Positions 48,663 to 59,038 of a DNA stretch of 64,000 bases are shown in pieces. Numbering within the stretch: the first letter of the stretch is position 1; each line of letters starts with the position of its first letter. Position numbers and translations under genes: made by a program. Below the pieces are notes generated by a model. That model did not search any database and was not told the origin of the DNA. It saw only the letters and a program-made list of their open reading frames with translations. The stretch is from an uncultured delta proteobacterium (GTDB taxonomy: Bacteria > Myxococcota > Myxococcia > Myxococcales > Myxococcaceae): contig CAVQKE010000004.1 in assembly GCA_963713045.1 (NCBI GenBank), forward strand, positions 544,001-608,000, written 5' to 3'.

Positions 48663-51629
48663 CTAGTTTTGGGGACCCTTGCGCAACATCATTCCATCCG
48701 TCACGAAGAGTGCCCGATCCACCACGCCTGGGTCTCCGCTCAGCAAGAGAACGGCCGTTTTTCGGCATGCAATCGCCACCCGACTCACGTCCTCCGGAGT
48801 CACCGCGGCCAACGCCTCCCCATACGTCTGCAGCAAGTCCGCCGGCAACTCCGCAAGGCGCGCCCAAACCAAACCCCGGGCCAACTCGACGTTGGTCGTA
48901 TAGCGAGTGTTCCACCCCATCGCCTGACGCCATTTCAACAGTGCAAGCTCATCTTCCCCGAGGGTTAAGTCATCCAGCGCTGCAAGCTCGCTGCGTGCGG
49001 CCACCAGGACGGGCGTCAGCGCCCGAGAATCGACTGCCCCAGCAACATCCACGCGGGCGCCGGCCCGTGAAAGGGTGGCCCCGCCCGCGAAGCCTTCGCT
49101 TCCCCCCAGCGTCGTGCGTGCAAGTGTCCCCAGCTTCGTTCGCAGCCGCGCACCCAGCATCCGTATGGCCAGGAGGTCCGTTGGGCTTTGCGGCTCGATG
49201 CCACAGCCGAGCCGGATTTCCGTCCGTTCGGCCCCCGGACGGTCGACCGTCAACAGACGCACGGGGCCGGGGCGTTCTCTAATTTTCCCTGGTGCCGCCT
49301 CTGCCTGCGGGGCCCGCTCCCCTTTCCACCCTTCAAAAAGCTTGCGGACCTGCTCTTCCGTCTCCGAAAGGTTGATGTCGCCAACGACTGCCAGCACCGC
49401 ATTTCCAGGCCGAAAGCTTTCGTCAATCCAGCGGTTAATGTCGCGCGTTCCAAGCTTCTGGAAGTCGGCGGCTTGCGCGGTGCGCCCCAGCGTCGAGCCA
49501 GGGTACACCTCGGCCAGGAATTTGCGGTCGGCCTCGGCACTGGGGGAAACGTCAAAGCGGTGCCGTCCATCCACCAAGTCATTCCAACGTTCTGCAAGGC
49601 CGTCGTCGACGTGCAGGGACTGGGCGGTGTCCGACAGGACAGCCAGCAAGGCTGCAAGGTTTCCGGAGGCAGCACGCCCTTCCAGGTAGCTCGCATCCGG
49701 GCCAGTGACGAGGGCCAGGTTGCCGCCAAAGGACGACGGCGGCCCATTGTTAACTTGCAGCGGGACAGCCAACCGGCTGGCAAGCTGAGCGACTCCAAGG
49801 GGTTCTGCGGTTGCACTTCCCCCTCTGACGCCGACGGTGGCGGCCACCGTCGGCGCCCCAAGCCGACGCACCAGGAGGACTTGCAAGCCATTCTTGAGGG
49901 TCACACTTCGGGCTTCGCCCGCCGGGCCGTGCGCATACGTCTTCAGCGCACCGGAGGAGATTTTGACCCGCGCGTCGTCGGCGGCGAAGACGCTGGGAGG
50001 TCCTCCGCTGTCGTTTGCCTCAATGCTTTCGCCGTTGGGCTCGACGAACACCACACGAGCGCGGTCTCGGCTCAACCACTGAAGGGTGAAGTTCTGCCAC
50101 GTGGAGGGGCCGACTTCCGTCAGCGCCGTCATGTCCTTCCCCCACGCTTCGGAGTCACCTGTCCAGTGCGCCAACGTGGCCCGGTCCACCGCACGTCCGA
50201 GGACGGATTCGGTCTCCACCACGTCGCCCACTAGCGCCGTCATCTGGTAACGGGAAACGCGGACCGGCACCGTGCCCTCAGCAGACCTATTATTTTGTAC
50301 GGCCAGCGTGTAGTCGCCGTTGATACTCGGCGACAGGGGCATGGCGCCGTTGGCGTTCATGTGCGGGTTGACGCTGTTGTTACCTGAGCCCATCGACCCC
50401 GTGAAGGTGGTGCCGGTTTGGGCATTGATCGGGGGAGCGAAACCCCGAGCGAACAGGTTGGAGGGGCCCAACTCGCTGTTCTCTTCTTGGCCGCTCTTGG
50501 TGGTGCTGGGGTCCGAAAAGCGATGAAACTGGTCGAGCACCCGCTCCAGACTCTTCTCCGGATTGCGGCCTTCCTTAAGGGCCACCGCACAAACCAGCGT
50601 GCTGCTGTCCCGTCCTGCCACCAGCGTCGCGCGAATGTCCTTGATGTCGGACGTCGCACTCACCCAAATCGGCACTGCTTCGATGGCAGAGCGCACCGCC
50701 CGTTCCAACGTCCCGTCTGCCGAATAGCCGCGCGGCAACGACCAGCTGATGTAGAGCATCGGGCCGGCGACCGGGGCCTGCACTGCTGCAACCGCCTGTG
50801 TGGCCGGAGTTGGCGGCACCGCCGGAGTCTCTTTCGACAGCCGAACCGGAGGCCGCACCGGCCCACTGGCTGGTGCCTCGATGAATTGCTTGGGGAGTGT
50901 CGCGCCGAACACCTGGTGAATGGTGCTCAACTCCAGGTCCCCCGCGACGTACAGCGTCACGTTGCTCGGCACATAGTATTTCTCGACGAACGCTTGAGCG
51001 TCGGCCACCGACAACTCGGAGACACTCTTCATCGTCCCGAGCACCGGCCGATGGTACCGGTGCCCCTCGGGGTACAGTGCCTGGTACAGCTTCGTCTGCA
51101 CCGCACCCGGCGCACCTTGCTCGTCCCGCTCCGCCAGCTCCGCCTTCACGTTGTCGCGTTCCACTTCGAAGACGTGCGCGTCCAGTCCAGCCAATGGCCC
51201 TGCCAGCCGGCCACCTTCAATGACCAGGAGGTTTCGCAGGGCTTCTTTCGGCCCGACCACCCCATACGTCGTCACATCATGGGTGGTAGCGCCGTTCCAA
51301 CTTGCCGCCCCGGCGAAGTCCAGCAAGTTGGAACGTTGAATTCTGCCGTCTGGCTTCGCCCGCGCGGTGAGGTGCTCGACCAGATGGGCCAGTCCCTCTT
51401 TTCCGACTGGGTCATCGGCGGCCCCACCGCTAATGACAGCAACCAACGCCACCACCGGCTTACTGTGGTCCTCTTCGATGACAATGCGCATGCCCGAGGG
51501 CAGCTCGATGGTGCCCACCTTGTCCAAACTCTCTCCGATGGAGAGAGTCGTCGCTGGGCTTGCGCTGGCGCTTCCCAGCATCCAACTGACTGACAGGACG
51601 AAGCTCGCTCCACTCAAAAGCCGCTTCAT
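48663..51629 (-). CDS. Secreted two-module M16 (insulinase-like) zinc peptidase
   Basis: Signal peptide, GLAHLVEH, ERDNVKAE, second module from TLKNGLQV; GAGGGG RBS. Confidence 0.9.
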   Translation of the reverse strand: MKRLLSGASFVLSVSWMLGSASASPATTLSIGESLDKVGTIELPSGMRIVIEEDHSKPVVALVAVISGGAADDPVGKEGLAHLVEHLTARAKPDGRIQRSNLLDFAGAASWNGATTHDVTTYGVVGPKEALRNLLVIEGGRLAGPLAGLDAHVFEVERDNVKAELAERDEQGAPGAVQTKLYQALYPEGHRYHRPVLGTMKSVSELSVADAQAFVEKYYVPSNVTLYVAGDLELSTIHQVFGATLPKQFIEAPASGPVRPPVRLSKETPAVPPTPATQAVAAVQAPVAGPMLYISWSLPRGYSADGTLERAVRSAIEAVPIWVSATSDIKDIRATLVAGRDSSTLVCAVALKEGRNPEKSLERVLDQFHRFSDPSTTKSGQEENSELGPSNLFARGFAPPINAQTGTTFTGSMGSGNNSVNPHMNANGAMPLSPSINGDYTLAVQNNRSAEGTVPVRVSRYQMTALVGDVVETESVLGRAVDRATLAHWTGDSEAWGKDMTALTEVGPSTWQNFTLQWLSRDRARVVFVEPNGESIEANDSGGPPSVFAADDARVKISSGALKTYAHGPAGEARSVTLKNGLQVLLVRRLGAPTVAATVGVRGGSATAEPLGVAQLASRLAVPLQVNNGPPSSFGGNLALVTGPDASYLEGRAASGNLAALLAVLSDTAQSLHVDDGLAERWNDLVDGRHRFDVSPSAEADRKFLAEVYPGSTLGRTAQAADFQKLGTRDINRWIDESFRPGNAVLAVVGDINLSETEEQVRKLFEGWKGERAPQAEAAPGKIRERPGPVRLLTVDRPGAERTEIRLGCGIEPQSPTDLLAIRMLGARLRTKLGTLARTTLGGSEGFAGGATLSRAGARVDVAGAVDSRALTPVLVAARSELAALDDLTLGEDELALLKWRQAMGWNTRYTTNVELARGLVWARLAELPADLLQTYGEALAAVTPEDVSRVAIACRKTAVLLLSGDPGVVDRALFVTDGMMLRKGPQN

Positions 51630-51777
51630 GCTCCCCTCATTGCGCTTCTCTGCCATTCGGCAAACATCCGTGCTCCGCCTGTTACCAAGCGTAGACCCTC
51701 TGCGTTCCGGGCGTCAGGCGGCCTGGCTCAGCGAGCAGCCTGATGCCGGCACCAGCATTCGGAGGTCCTGGACTTCC

Positions 51778-53613
51778 TTATGCGCAGCGGCGTGAGGGAC
51801 GTGGCGCCGTCCTGCGGCGCTTTCTAACTTCATTCCACGTGAGAAGCACCAGCAACGCCAAAGGCGTTCCCTCCCCTTCCACCGAGGAGCAACCGCCGAC
51901 GACCCCACCGCCATCGCGACCGGTGTTTCCACTGCCACCGTTGCTGACGACCACACTCAAGGAGGCAGTGGCCTGCCCACCGTCGGCATCCACGACGGTG
52001 GCGTGAATGGTGTGGCTCCCATCGAGGATGTTGTGCGTGTTCCAACTGACACTGTTCGCCGTGCCAGTCGACAGCGGGGCAGACCCGTCAATGGCGATGG
52101 AGATACCGCTCAGGACGGTGTTTGAGCCGGGCCTTGCCGCCACTGTCACGTTGCTCAAGCCCGTCACCGTCGCTCCAGCAGCCGGGCTGGTGATGGCTAC
52201 CGTCGGCGCAGAGTCCACCTGCACCAACAGGGCCGCTGAGTGCACGCTCGTCCCCGTTGCCTGGACCACCAAGACGCCATCCTGTAGTGGCGCGGCGCTT
52301 GGGTCGGCTGAAACCGTCAGGTTGGCACCGCCGCCCACGCTCAGCGAGGGGACGTCGATGGTGGCGTGGACGCCCGTCGGAAGTGCCGTCACTGAAAGCG
52401 TAATCGCGATCGGCTCTCCGCTTGTGGGCGCCGTCAACACCGGAATGGGCTGCGATGATGCCCCCGGGCCGAGTGAAATGGACTTCGTACTCAACGCAAT
52501 GGAGTAGTCGTTCGAGTCATATCGACTCCCCACGCAGGCAGCGACGTTGGGCTGGCTCGCCGGATTGCCGCTCCAGACCACGTTTGAAAAGAGTTGCTGA
52601 ACGATGTAGCAGCCCGCACTTCCAGCGGCGCACCCAGTCAAACCACCCGTGCCAACGGTGTCCAAGTGGCCTTGGCACACGTCTCCGATTTCGCCCTGGC
52701 TGTTTGCCTCATTGTCGTACCAGGCCAGTGGGAAGTCGGGACCATTCGCCAGACCTGCTTGGCCGTCGGTAATGGACTCGGCAACCTCGTGGGAGGTTGC
52801 GGCACAAGTGTTGTCGAATGTCGACCCGCTACCGCAGCCCGTCTCGCAGCCGTTGGCGCTGAGGTCAGGAGCAACAACGTAGTAGACGCTCTGCTTGGCA
52901 GCGTTCTGGTACACGCCGTGGTAGGAGCAAAACGTCTGGCACGACACCTGATTTGGGTTGCTGATGCGGATGCTGGCCGGGAAATGAATCACATACAGTG
53001 TGTCCGCGTCTGGTGGTGGAAGTTGGCCCTGGCTCACCTGAAAATCGATTTCATTCGCGATGTCGCCATCGGCGAGGCAAGTGAGCGTGGCATTCGGTGC
53101 GGGACAGGCCGGAAATGTCTTGGAGAGCGCAGTTAAGGTGTAGGTCCCGGCGAAGACACCTCGCCCAATCATCTGCTGGGTTCCCGCTTGGCCGGCGTGT
53201 GTGCCCGCCTGAGTCGAGAGGTTGGTCGAGTATTCGCTGAGCCAATCGACCCAAGCGCTGTCGACGATGGTGCTGTAGAAGCCAGGCATCCCAGACTGAA
53301 TTTCAGAGCTCACCGCGCTGGTCCAGAAAACGGCGTACACCTTCACATTGGCGATGACATCGCCGCCGAAGTACTGAAAGTTGAGCGTGCAAGGGACGGG
53401 TGACTGTAGCTGGTGGTTGTTGATGCAGACGGGCGTCGTACCTGCCTCGGTCGACGTGAAGCTACTGCGTAGGGCCGCTCCGCCGCCCGCTGCAGTCGTG
53501 TGCAGGGGCTGGTAGTGGGGTTGACCAACGATGACGTCATCTGGCCAAGCGACCACCGGAATCAGCAACAGCGCGAAGGCGCCGGCACGAGAAAGCAGCA
53601 GTTGGCGATGCAG
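51778..53613 (-). CDS. Surface protein: PHI-1/EXORDIUM-like domain, Ig-like domains, MYXO-CTERM-like tail
   Basis: YFGG..V..VFW, FCSYH, SHEVAESITD, WYD, GEIGDVC; PTVAITSPAAGATVTG Ig domain; GGCS..LALLVLL..RKRRR. Start either CTG 53613 or TTG 53568. Confidence 0.78.
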   Translation of the reverse strand: MHRQLLLSRAGAFALLLIPVVAWPDDVIVGQPHYQPLHTTAAGGGAALRSSFTSTEAGTTPVCINNHQLQSPVPCTLNFQYFGGDVIANVKVYAVFWTSAVSSEIQSGMPGFYSTIVDSAWVDWLSEYSTNLSTQAGTHAGQAGTQQMIGRGVFAGTYTLTALSKTFPACPAPNATLTCLADGDIANEIDFQVSQGQLPPPDADTLYVIHFPASIRISNPNQVSCQTFCSYHGVYQNAAKQSVYYVVAPDLSANGCETGCGSGSTFDNTCAATSHEVAESITDGQAGLANGPDFPLAWYDNEANSQGEIGDVCQGHLDTVGTGGLTGCAAGSAGCYIVQQLFSNVVWSGNPASQPNVAACVGSRYDSNDYSIALSTKSISLGPGASSQPIPVLTAPTSGEPIAITLSVTALPTGVHATIDVPSLSVGGGANLTVSADPSAAPLQDGVLVVQATGTSVHSAALLVQVDSAPTVAITSPAAGATVTGLSNVTVAARPGSNTVLSGISIAIDGSAPLSTGTANSVSWNTHNILDGSHTIHATVVDADGGQATASLSVVVSNGGSGNTGRDGGGVVGGCSSVEGEGTPLALLVLLTWNEVRKRRRTAPRPSRRCA

Positions 53614-54043
53614 GCTCCTGAACTCCTCTCGCTAGCAAGGGTATGCGGCGCCCGGACGGGAGTCGACAGCGCACCATTGCTCAGCGGCATGAAGGGACCC
53701 TCCAGGTAAACTCTGCACCCACCGCAACACACCGCTTTCGGTTTGCCCCAGGGAGCAGAGCCCTTCGACGACGCCCGCGCATACGCTGAGGCTGCCGCAG
53801 GAAGAGGCCTCCCGCGTCCCAAGGTGCACGGGGGCCTTTGGCCGCTGACTGCAGGCACTACCCACGGACTCCCATGGAAGACGTCGAATGCGGACCGGTC
53901 CTGGACGCTTTGGCGTGGTCGGGCGGTCGCAGTGAAGGCGCGCCGGCGTGCGGGCGGCTGCAATTCTTCATGGACGGAAGTCGCGCGGCAGTCCACAGTT
54001 CTCGGGACATTCCGACGGGAGGGGGTAAGGCGTGAAAACACCT

Positions 54044-55402
54044 ATGAAGGCCGCGCGGGGATGCCGGCCTTTGGCTGTGCTCGTCTGTGGCCTCGCGACC
54101 TCAACTGCGCTTGCCCAACAAGGGACGCTTTTCCCTCCCAGCATCGCCATTACCAATTACGACCACGTGCTGATTGGGGAGGAGGAAGCGCTCGAGTCAG
54201 GGGCCTTCGTGGCGCGGGTCGGCTCGACAACGGCGGGCTGGTACAACCCTGCGGGAATGATGCTGGTGAAAAAGACAGCCATCGGCGCGAGCGGTACCGG
54301 TTACGAGGCCGACCTCATCAAGCTGGAGGGCCTCACCAAGGCCGTCGGTGGCGCCATCAGCATCGCCCAGCTCCCCTCTTACTTCGGCGCCGTGCTTGGC
54401 GAGGATGTACTGCACTCCGCCGTCTGGCGACTCGGCTTCTCCATCACCAAACCCGTGTCCTGGGTACAGGGAATCGAGGCTGGGCAACCCCAACAAGGTC
54501 TCTCGTATTCCTCGACGGTCAGCCTGACCACCCTTGTCCCCATGCTTTCGGTGGCCTTCGCCCCCCTCCCTTGCCTCAGATTCGGAGTGGGAGCGGGCGT
54601 CGCGCTCACCTCGTTGAATGAGATTCAGACCCTCTCTGCGCAGGCGCTGACGGATACCACCGCAAACGCCTTTCTGCGAACGGTCAACGGCAATGGTTCC
54701 ATTTGGAACCTCACCGGCAACGTCGGCGCGCAGTTTGACATTACGAACAACCTCGTCGTTGGCGCGGTGGTGCGCCTCCCCGGCCTCAAGCTTCTCTCCA
54801 GTGGCGGCCTCACCTATCAAGACGTCCAAAACAACGGCATGCCCTGGAATCAAGTCTTCTTCAAAGACCGTGATGCAGCATTCGAATACAAGCTTGCGAC
54901 TGAAGTCGACTTCGGACTCGCCTGGCAGTCCAATGTCTTCGGCATCGAGGCGGATGTCCGCTACCACGCGGCGGTCGCCAGCTATCTCCTGCTCTCGAGT
55001 CAAACCCCGGTTCAAACCACCACCACCGCGCCAAATGGGACGCCCATCGTCACCTCGACGCCGTTTCCCGGAGTCACCAATGGTACCAAGCAGGTCTGGA
55101 ATTGGGCGGTTGGTGCCAACGTTTCCCTCAACGAATGGTGGAGCCTGCATGCGGGATTCTACAGCGACTACTCTCCCAGCAGCCCCGCGAGCGTCAGCGT
55201 GTTTCGGAACCTTAACCTCTATGGCGCCACCGCGGGTGCAAAGGTGCACGGTGAACACCTGTCGGGGTCTTTCGGATTAGGCTTTAGTTGGGGGAACTCG
55301 CCCAACTTCACCTTTCCCAACTCGGCGAACGGAAGCACCCTCACCACGCGCTTCATCGTGAGGAGCATCGAGGTCCTCTACGCGTTGGCGTATAAGTTTT
55401 GA
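54044..55402 (+). CDS. Outer-membrane beta-barrel, FadL/OmpP1/TodX-like
   Basis: Signal peptide (ALA-Q), WYNPAG plug motif, amphipathic strands, terminal YALAYKF. Confidence 0.8.
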   Translation: MKAARGCRPLAVLVCGLATSTALAQQGTLFPPSIAITNYDHVLIGEEEALESGAFVARVGSTTAGWYNPAGMMLVKKTAIGASGTGYEADLIKLEGLTKAVGGAISIAQLPSYFGAVLGEDVLHSAVWRLGFSITKPVSWVQGIEAGQPQQGLSYSSTVSLTTLVPMLSVAFAPLPCLRFGVGAGVALTSLNEIQTLSAQALTDTTANAFLRTVNGNGSIWNLTGNVGAQFDITNNLVVGAVVRLPGLKLLSSGGLTYQDVQNNGMPWNQVFFKDRDAAFEYKLATEVDFGLAWQSNVFGIEADVRYHAAVASYLLLSSQTPVQTTTTAPNGTPIVTSTPFPGVTNGTKQVWNWAVGANVSLNEWWSLHAGFYSDYSPSSPASVSVFRNLNLYGATAGAKVHGEHLSGSFGLGFSWGNSPNFTFPNSANGSTLTTRFIVRSIEVLYALAYKF

Positions 55403-55444
55403 CAGCTTCGAGCGCCCGAACCCGAGATTGGGCCCCGGACCAAC

Positions 55445-56695
55445 CTACTTGCTCGCGTCGAGAGCTTCGATGGTGGCCAAGGACGCCGGGCGTTCCCTCT
55501 GCAGACGAGCGGCAACCGCCTCCGCTTGGGCGAAGGCGCGAATGAAGTTCTCCCCCGCTAGCTTTCGCAAGTCTTCATCCTTCCAGCCGCGCCGGATGAG
55601 CTCGGCAAACAGGTACGGGTAGCGGCTCACGTCCTCGAGTCCGACTGGGCCGCCATCGCCGTCGAAGTCACTGCCGATGCCAACGTGGTCGATGCCGGCC
55701 AACTTTGCGACGTATTCAATGTGGTCGGCCACTTGAGCGAGTGTGGCCTTCGGTGGTGGCCCAGCGACAGTCGCACGCTCCGCCTCCAGTCGTCGCATCT
55801 CCGCAAGGGTCTTGGTCCCCTGCATCGTCCTTTCCAGCGGACGGTACCATTCCGCCAACTCCTGAGAGACAAAGGGGGGCACGAAGGTAACCATGACCAC
55901 CCCGCCGTTGGCCGGCATGCGCCGCAGGACGTCGTCGGGGACGTTGCGCGGGTGGTCTGTCAAAGCCCTGGCGCTCGAATGCGAGAAAATAACAGGGGCC
56001 TCTGAGACGTCGAGGGCCTGCTTCATCACCGCCGCTGAGACGTGACTGAGGTCCACCAGCATGCCAAGCCGATTCATCTCGCGGACGACTTCACGCCCAA
56101 AAGGAGTCAGTCCGCCGTGTTTGGGATCGTCGGTGGCGGAATCAGCCCAGTCGGTGTCTCGACCGTGGGTGAGGGTCATATAGCGCACGCCCAGCGCGTA
56201 GTAGGCACGAAGCGCGCCTAAGCTGTTTTCCAGCGCGCGCCCGTTTTCCATTCCAAGGAAGGAAGCGATTTTCCCCACCCGCTGCGCCGCTCGGATGTCA
56301 GCAGCACGGGTGGCAAACACCAACACCTCCGGGTAGGCAGCAATCATCCGGCGGGCGAGATCGATTTGTTCCAACTGCATCCGCGCGCTTCCGTCGCTTA
56401 AGGACGGAATCCAGACGCTCCAGAATTGCGCCGACACACCGCCCGCCCGAAGGCGAGCCAAGTCCGTCTCGTGGCGCCCGGGTTTGCGCATGTCGTACAG
56501 GCTGACATCGCCATGAGAGATCGGGTCTTCGCGAATCAGCCACACAGTATCATTGTGGCCATCCACCAACGGCGTACCCCTCAGGAGCTCACGGGCATGG
56601 CGAAGCGCGGCGTCTTCTTGGTCGCTCGGGGCTTTGCCCGACGAACTGCCGACGGCTAACGCTGCAAGGAGGAGGACCTGCACCCAGTCATTCAT
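55445..56695 (-). CDS. Exported membrane dipeptidase (M19)
   Basis: VDGHND, GMENG, LTH, DLSH, SHS, RNVPD, GSDFDG; signal peptide. Confidence 0.94.
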   Translation of the reverse strand: MNDWVQVLLLAALAVGSSSGKAPSDQEDAALRHARELLRGTPLVDGHNDTVWLIREDPISHGDVSLYDMRKPGRHETDLARLRAGGVSAQFWSVWIPSLSDGSARMQLEQIDLARRMIAAYPEVLVFATRAADIRAAQRVGKIASFLGMENGRALENSLGALRAYYALGVRYMTLTHGRDTDWADSATDDPKHGGLTPFGREVVREMNRLGMLVDLSHVSAAVMKQALDVSEAPVIFSHSSARALTDHPRNVPDDVLRRMPANGGVVMVTFVPPFVSQELAEWYRPLERTMQGTKTLAEMRRLEAERATVAGPPPKATLAQVADHIEYVAKLAGIDHVGIGSDFDGDGGPVGLEDVSRYPYLFAELIRRGWKDEDLRKLAGENFIRAFAQAEAVAARLQRERPASLATIEALDASK

Positions 56696-56786
56696 CTCCA
56701 CCTCAATGTGTTGAACGGCCGAAGCGGATGGGCTGCCACCCTCCCCAACCCGTCTTCAACCATAGCGCGAGCCGGGTAACGGTCTG

Positions 56787-58604
56787 CTATTCGAATTGAA
56801 GCGGTCTGTACGTCCCGCTCGCATCGAGGATTGTGCCCCAAACTTTGTGCTGGCCCTGATGGTCGTTCGGTCCAAAAGCGATTTGGGTGCCGAGTCCGAA
56901 GTCGAGGCTTTGAATGGTTTCGAGAGCGCGGATTATGTTCTCCGTGGTGACGGTCCGGCCGCAGCGACGCAACCCTTCCAGCAGGAGTTTGCCCACCAAG
57001 TACCCCTCGAGCGAGCCGAAATCGGGCTTCTCCGCCGGCGCGTAGCTGGCAAGCGCGTCCCGGTAGCGAAGCACCGCTGTGGAATGAGAGGTGGGAAGTG
57101 GGACGACCTGACTCACAATGACGTCGCTTGGGAATTGAGGACCCAGCGGAAGCAACTCCTCGGCCAAAGCCTGGCTGCCGACTTGCGAGACGCTGGCGAA
57201 AATCAGGTGGGGCTGCACGGCCGAGACGCGTTCGATGAAGCGCGCCGCCGCGCGGTATGTGGCGACCATCACGATTGCACGGAGCTGATGACGACGCTCG
57301 AGGACCTGCGCCACGGCCTTGCTCACGTTGCTGGTATTGCGGGAATACGTCACCTTCAGAGGCGCGCGAGCATTCGGGTACCGCTCGAGCGCCCGTAGAA
57401 CACCCTGGTATCCGGAATCCAGGGAATCATCCTCTTCTGCGAAGACTGCAATTTGGTCGGGCTGCAGGCGACGCACTTCAATCAGGTATCGAACGATGGC
57501 GGCCGTCTCCTCCTGCGCGCTTGCTCTGAAGTTAAAGACCGTGCGGTCGGGCGGGTCCTTTCGCAGGGACGCCCCCCCGCTCGATGGCCCGAAAAGGAGC
57601 AACCGCTGCTTCAAGAGGTAGGGCAGAGTCGCGACGGCGCTCGGAGTGCCCACATTTCCAACGAAACCGAAGACACCTTGTTGTTCGGCCAAGCCTTGCG
57701 TCACCTGGCGAGCACGGAATGGCTCGTAGCCGTCATCGACTGCCACCAGCTGAACCCGACGCCCATGAACCCCACCCTCGCGGTCGGCCTCGGCAAAGGC
57801 CGTCTCCACGCCCAGCTTCATCTGCCGGCCAAGTTCCCGCGATGGACCGCTCAGCGGTGCAACCATGCCGAAGGTGACATCGGTATCCGTGACGCCGACG
57901 GGAGTCGGCCGTGCTTTTGGGCGTTCCGATGTCCCTTTGCGCGGTCCTGCGTCGAGTCCTGAAGTACTGTCCAACATCTCCCCCACGGCCAAGGCCAAAG
58001 CGCCTCCAACCATCAGCGCTGCGGCGAATGCCAGGACCCGAATTCCAAGAGGTCCCGGAAGAAACTCGCGCCCGATGCGGGGAAGGGCCGCCGTCGGCTG
58101 TGCCGAAACAGTGTCCGAGACGGAAGGTCGTTGGGCACCGCGGGGTGTGACGATGTCCTGGCCAGCCGCGGGACCCCACGGCACCGTCGGAAGAACGGCC
58201 GCGATTTCTGCCGCTTCGAAGCCTGGGGGCGCCAGAGCGCCCCGTGCATGCAGTTTTCCCCCTGGGGGTCCCCGCTCCTGGAGGAGTCGTCGCCACGGCT
58301 CATGCACCGTCCGTCGCTGGCTGCGAGCGCCAAGCTCGACCTGAAAGGCCCCATCGTTCAGCCGATGGACCGCTCGGCGTACGGCTTCCGCGCCTTCTTG
58401 CCCTTCGAACCTCGCGTCCACGACGGCGCCCCCTTCGACGAAGAAGGTGCCGGTGGAGGGTGGCCGACCTCTTTCGCCCGCAGTGACCGACACGGCAGCC
58501 GTCTGGCGACTAACGCAGTAAAACTCCAGCAAATCCGCGAAGAGAACTTGTCGAAAATCACCTGCTAGGGACACGGATTCTGTCACTCGTCGGGCAGAGG
58601 TCAT
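56787..58604 (-). CDS. DUF4388-linker-TM-periplasmic binding protein (LivJ-like) fusion
   Basis: LAGDF..ADLL..G.FFVEGGAVVDA..G.EA DUF4388 pattern; one TM; FGMVAPLSGP, DDGYEP, GNVGTP, SLEGY binding-protein motifs in one continuous frame. Confidence 0.85.
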   Translation of the reverse strand: MTSARRVTESVSLAGDFRQVLFADLLEFYCVSRQTAAVSVTAGERGRPPSTGTFFVEGGAVVDARFEGQEGAEAVRRAVHRLNDGAFQVELGARSQRRTVHEPWRRLLQERGPPGGKLHARGALAPPGFEAAEIAAVLPTVPWGPAAGQDIVTPRGAQRPSVSDTVSAQPTAALPRIGREFLPGPLGIRVLAFAAALMVGGALALAVGEMLDSTSGLDAGPRKGTSERPKARPTPVGVTDTDVTFGMVAPLSGPSRELGRQMKLGVETAFAEADREGGVHGRRVQLVAVDDGYEPFRARQVTQGLAEQQGVFGFVGNVGTPSAVATLPYLLKQRLLLFGPSSGGASLRKDPPDRTVFNFRASAQEETAAIVRYLIEVRRLQPDQIAVFAEEDDSLDSGYQGVLRALERYPNARAPLKVTYSRNTSNVSKAVAQVLERRHQLRAIVMVATYRAAARFIERVSAVQPHLIFASVSQVGSQALAEELLPLGPQFPSDVIVSQVVPLPTSHSTAVLRYRDALASYAPAEKPDFGSLEGYLVGKLLLEGLRRCGRTVTTENIIRALETIQSLDFGLGTQIAFGPNDHQGQHKVWGTILDASGTYRPLQFE

Positions 58605-59038
58605 CGTCGTTGTGTCGCCCGCGGAACTGTAGGGCGAGGGTGAGGTCCGGCAAGTTTCCGACCACAGGCATGTAGCGTTACCAGGTGCCGCGTCGACTCT
58701 CCTCAAGCAGCTGGCGTGTGCGAAACCCCGGCGGCGCCCCGTTTTCGGCACCGGCTGCCCGGGTGAGCCCTTTTAAGGCACCCCAGCGAGCCCCGGTAGG
58801 TCGGGAGTCGCGCTTGCTGCATCAGCCTTCAGCGTCCGCGGCACCTGCGACTCACTGGACGTCGACCCCCGCGTTCACCGAGGCGCGGCTTGCGGTCATT
58901 CCCGCAGCCGGCGGCCTGCAACCTGACAACCATTTCACTCCGGCGGCAGCAAGTATTGGTCAACGGGAGGGTGTAGACCGGCACGTGCAGTCGGCATCCA
59001 GCGCTCGTTTGCACTTCGTAGCCCCTGAGGAGATGAAG

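Noticed and set aside
53690..53765. Minus-strand GGGGCAAACCGAAAG resembling the start of a c-di-GMP-I riboswitch upstream of the MYXO-CTERM gene
   Set aside because: The downstream GACGCAAA/second stem is not recognisable; would need an Infernal hit
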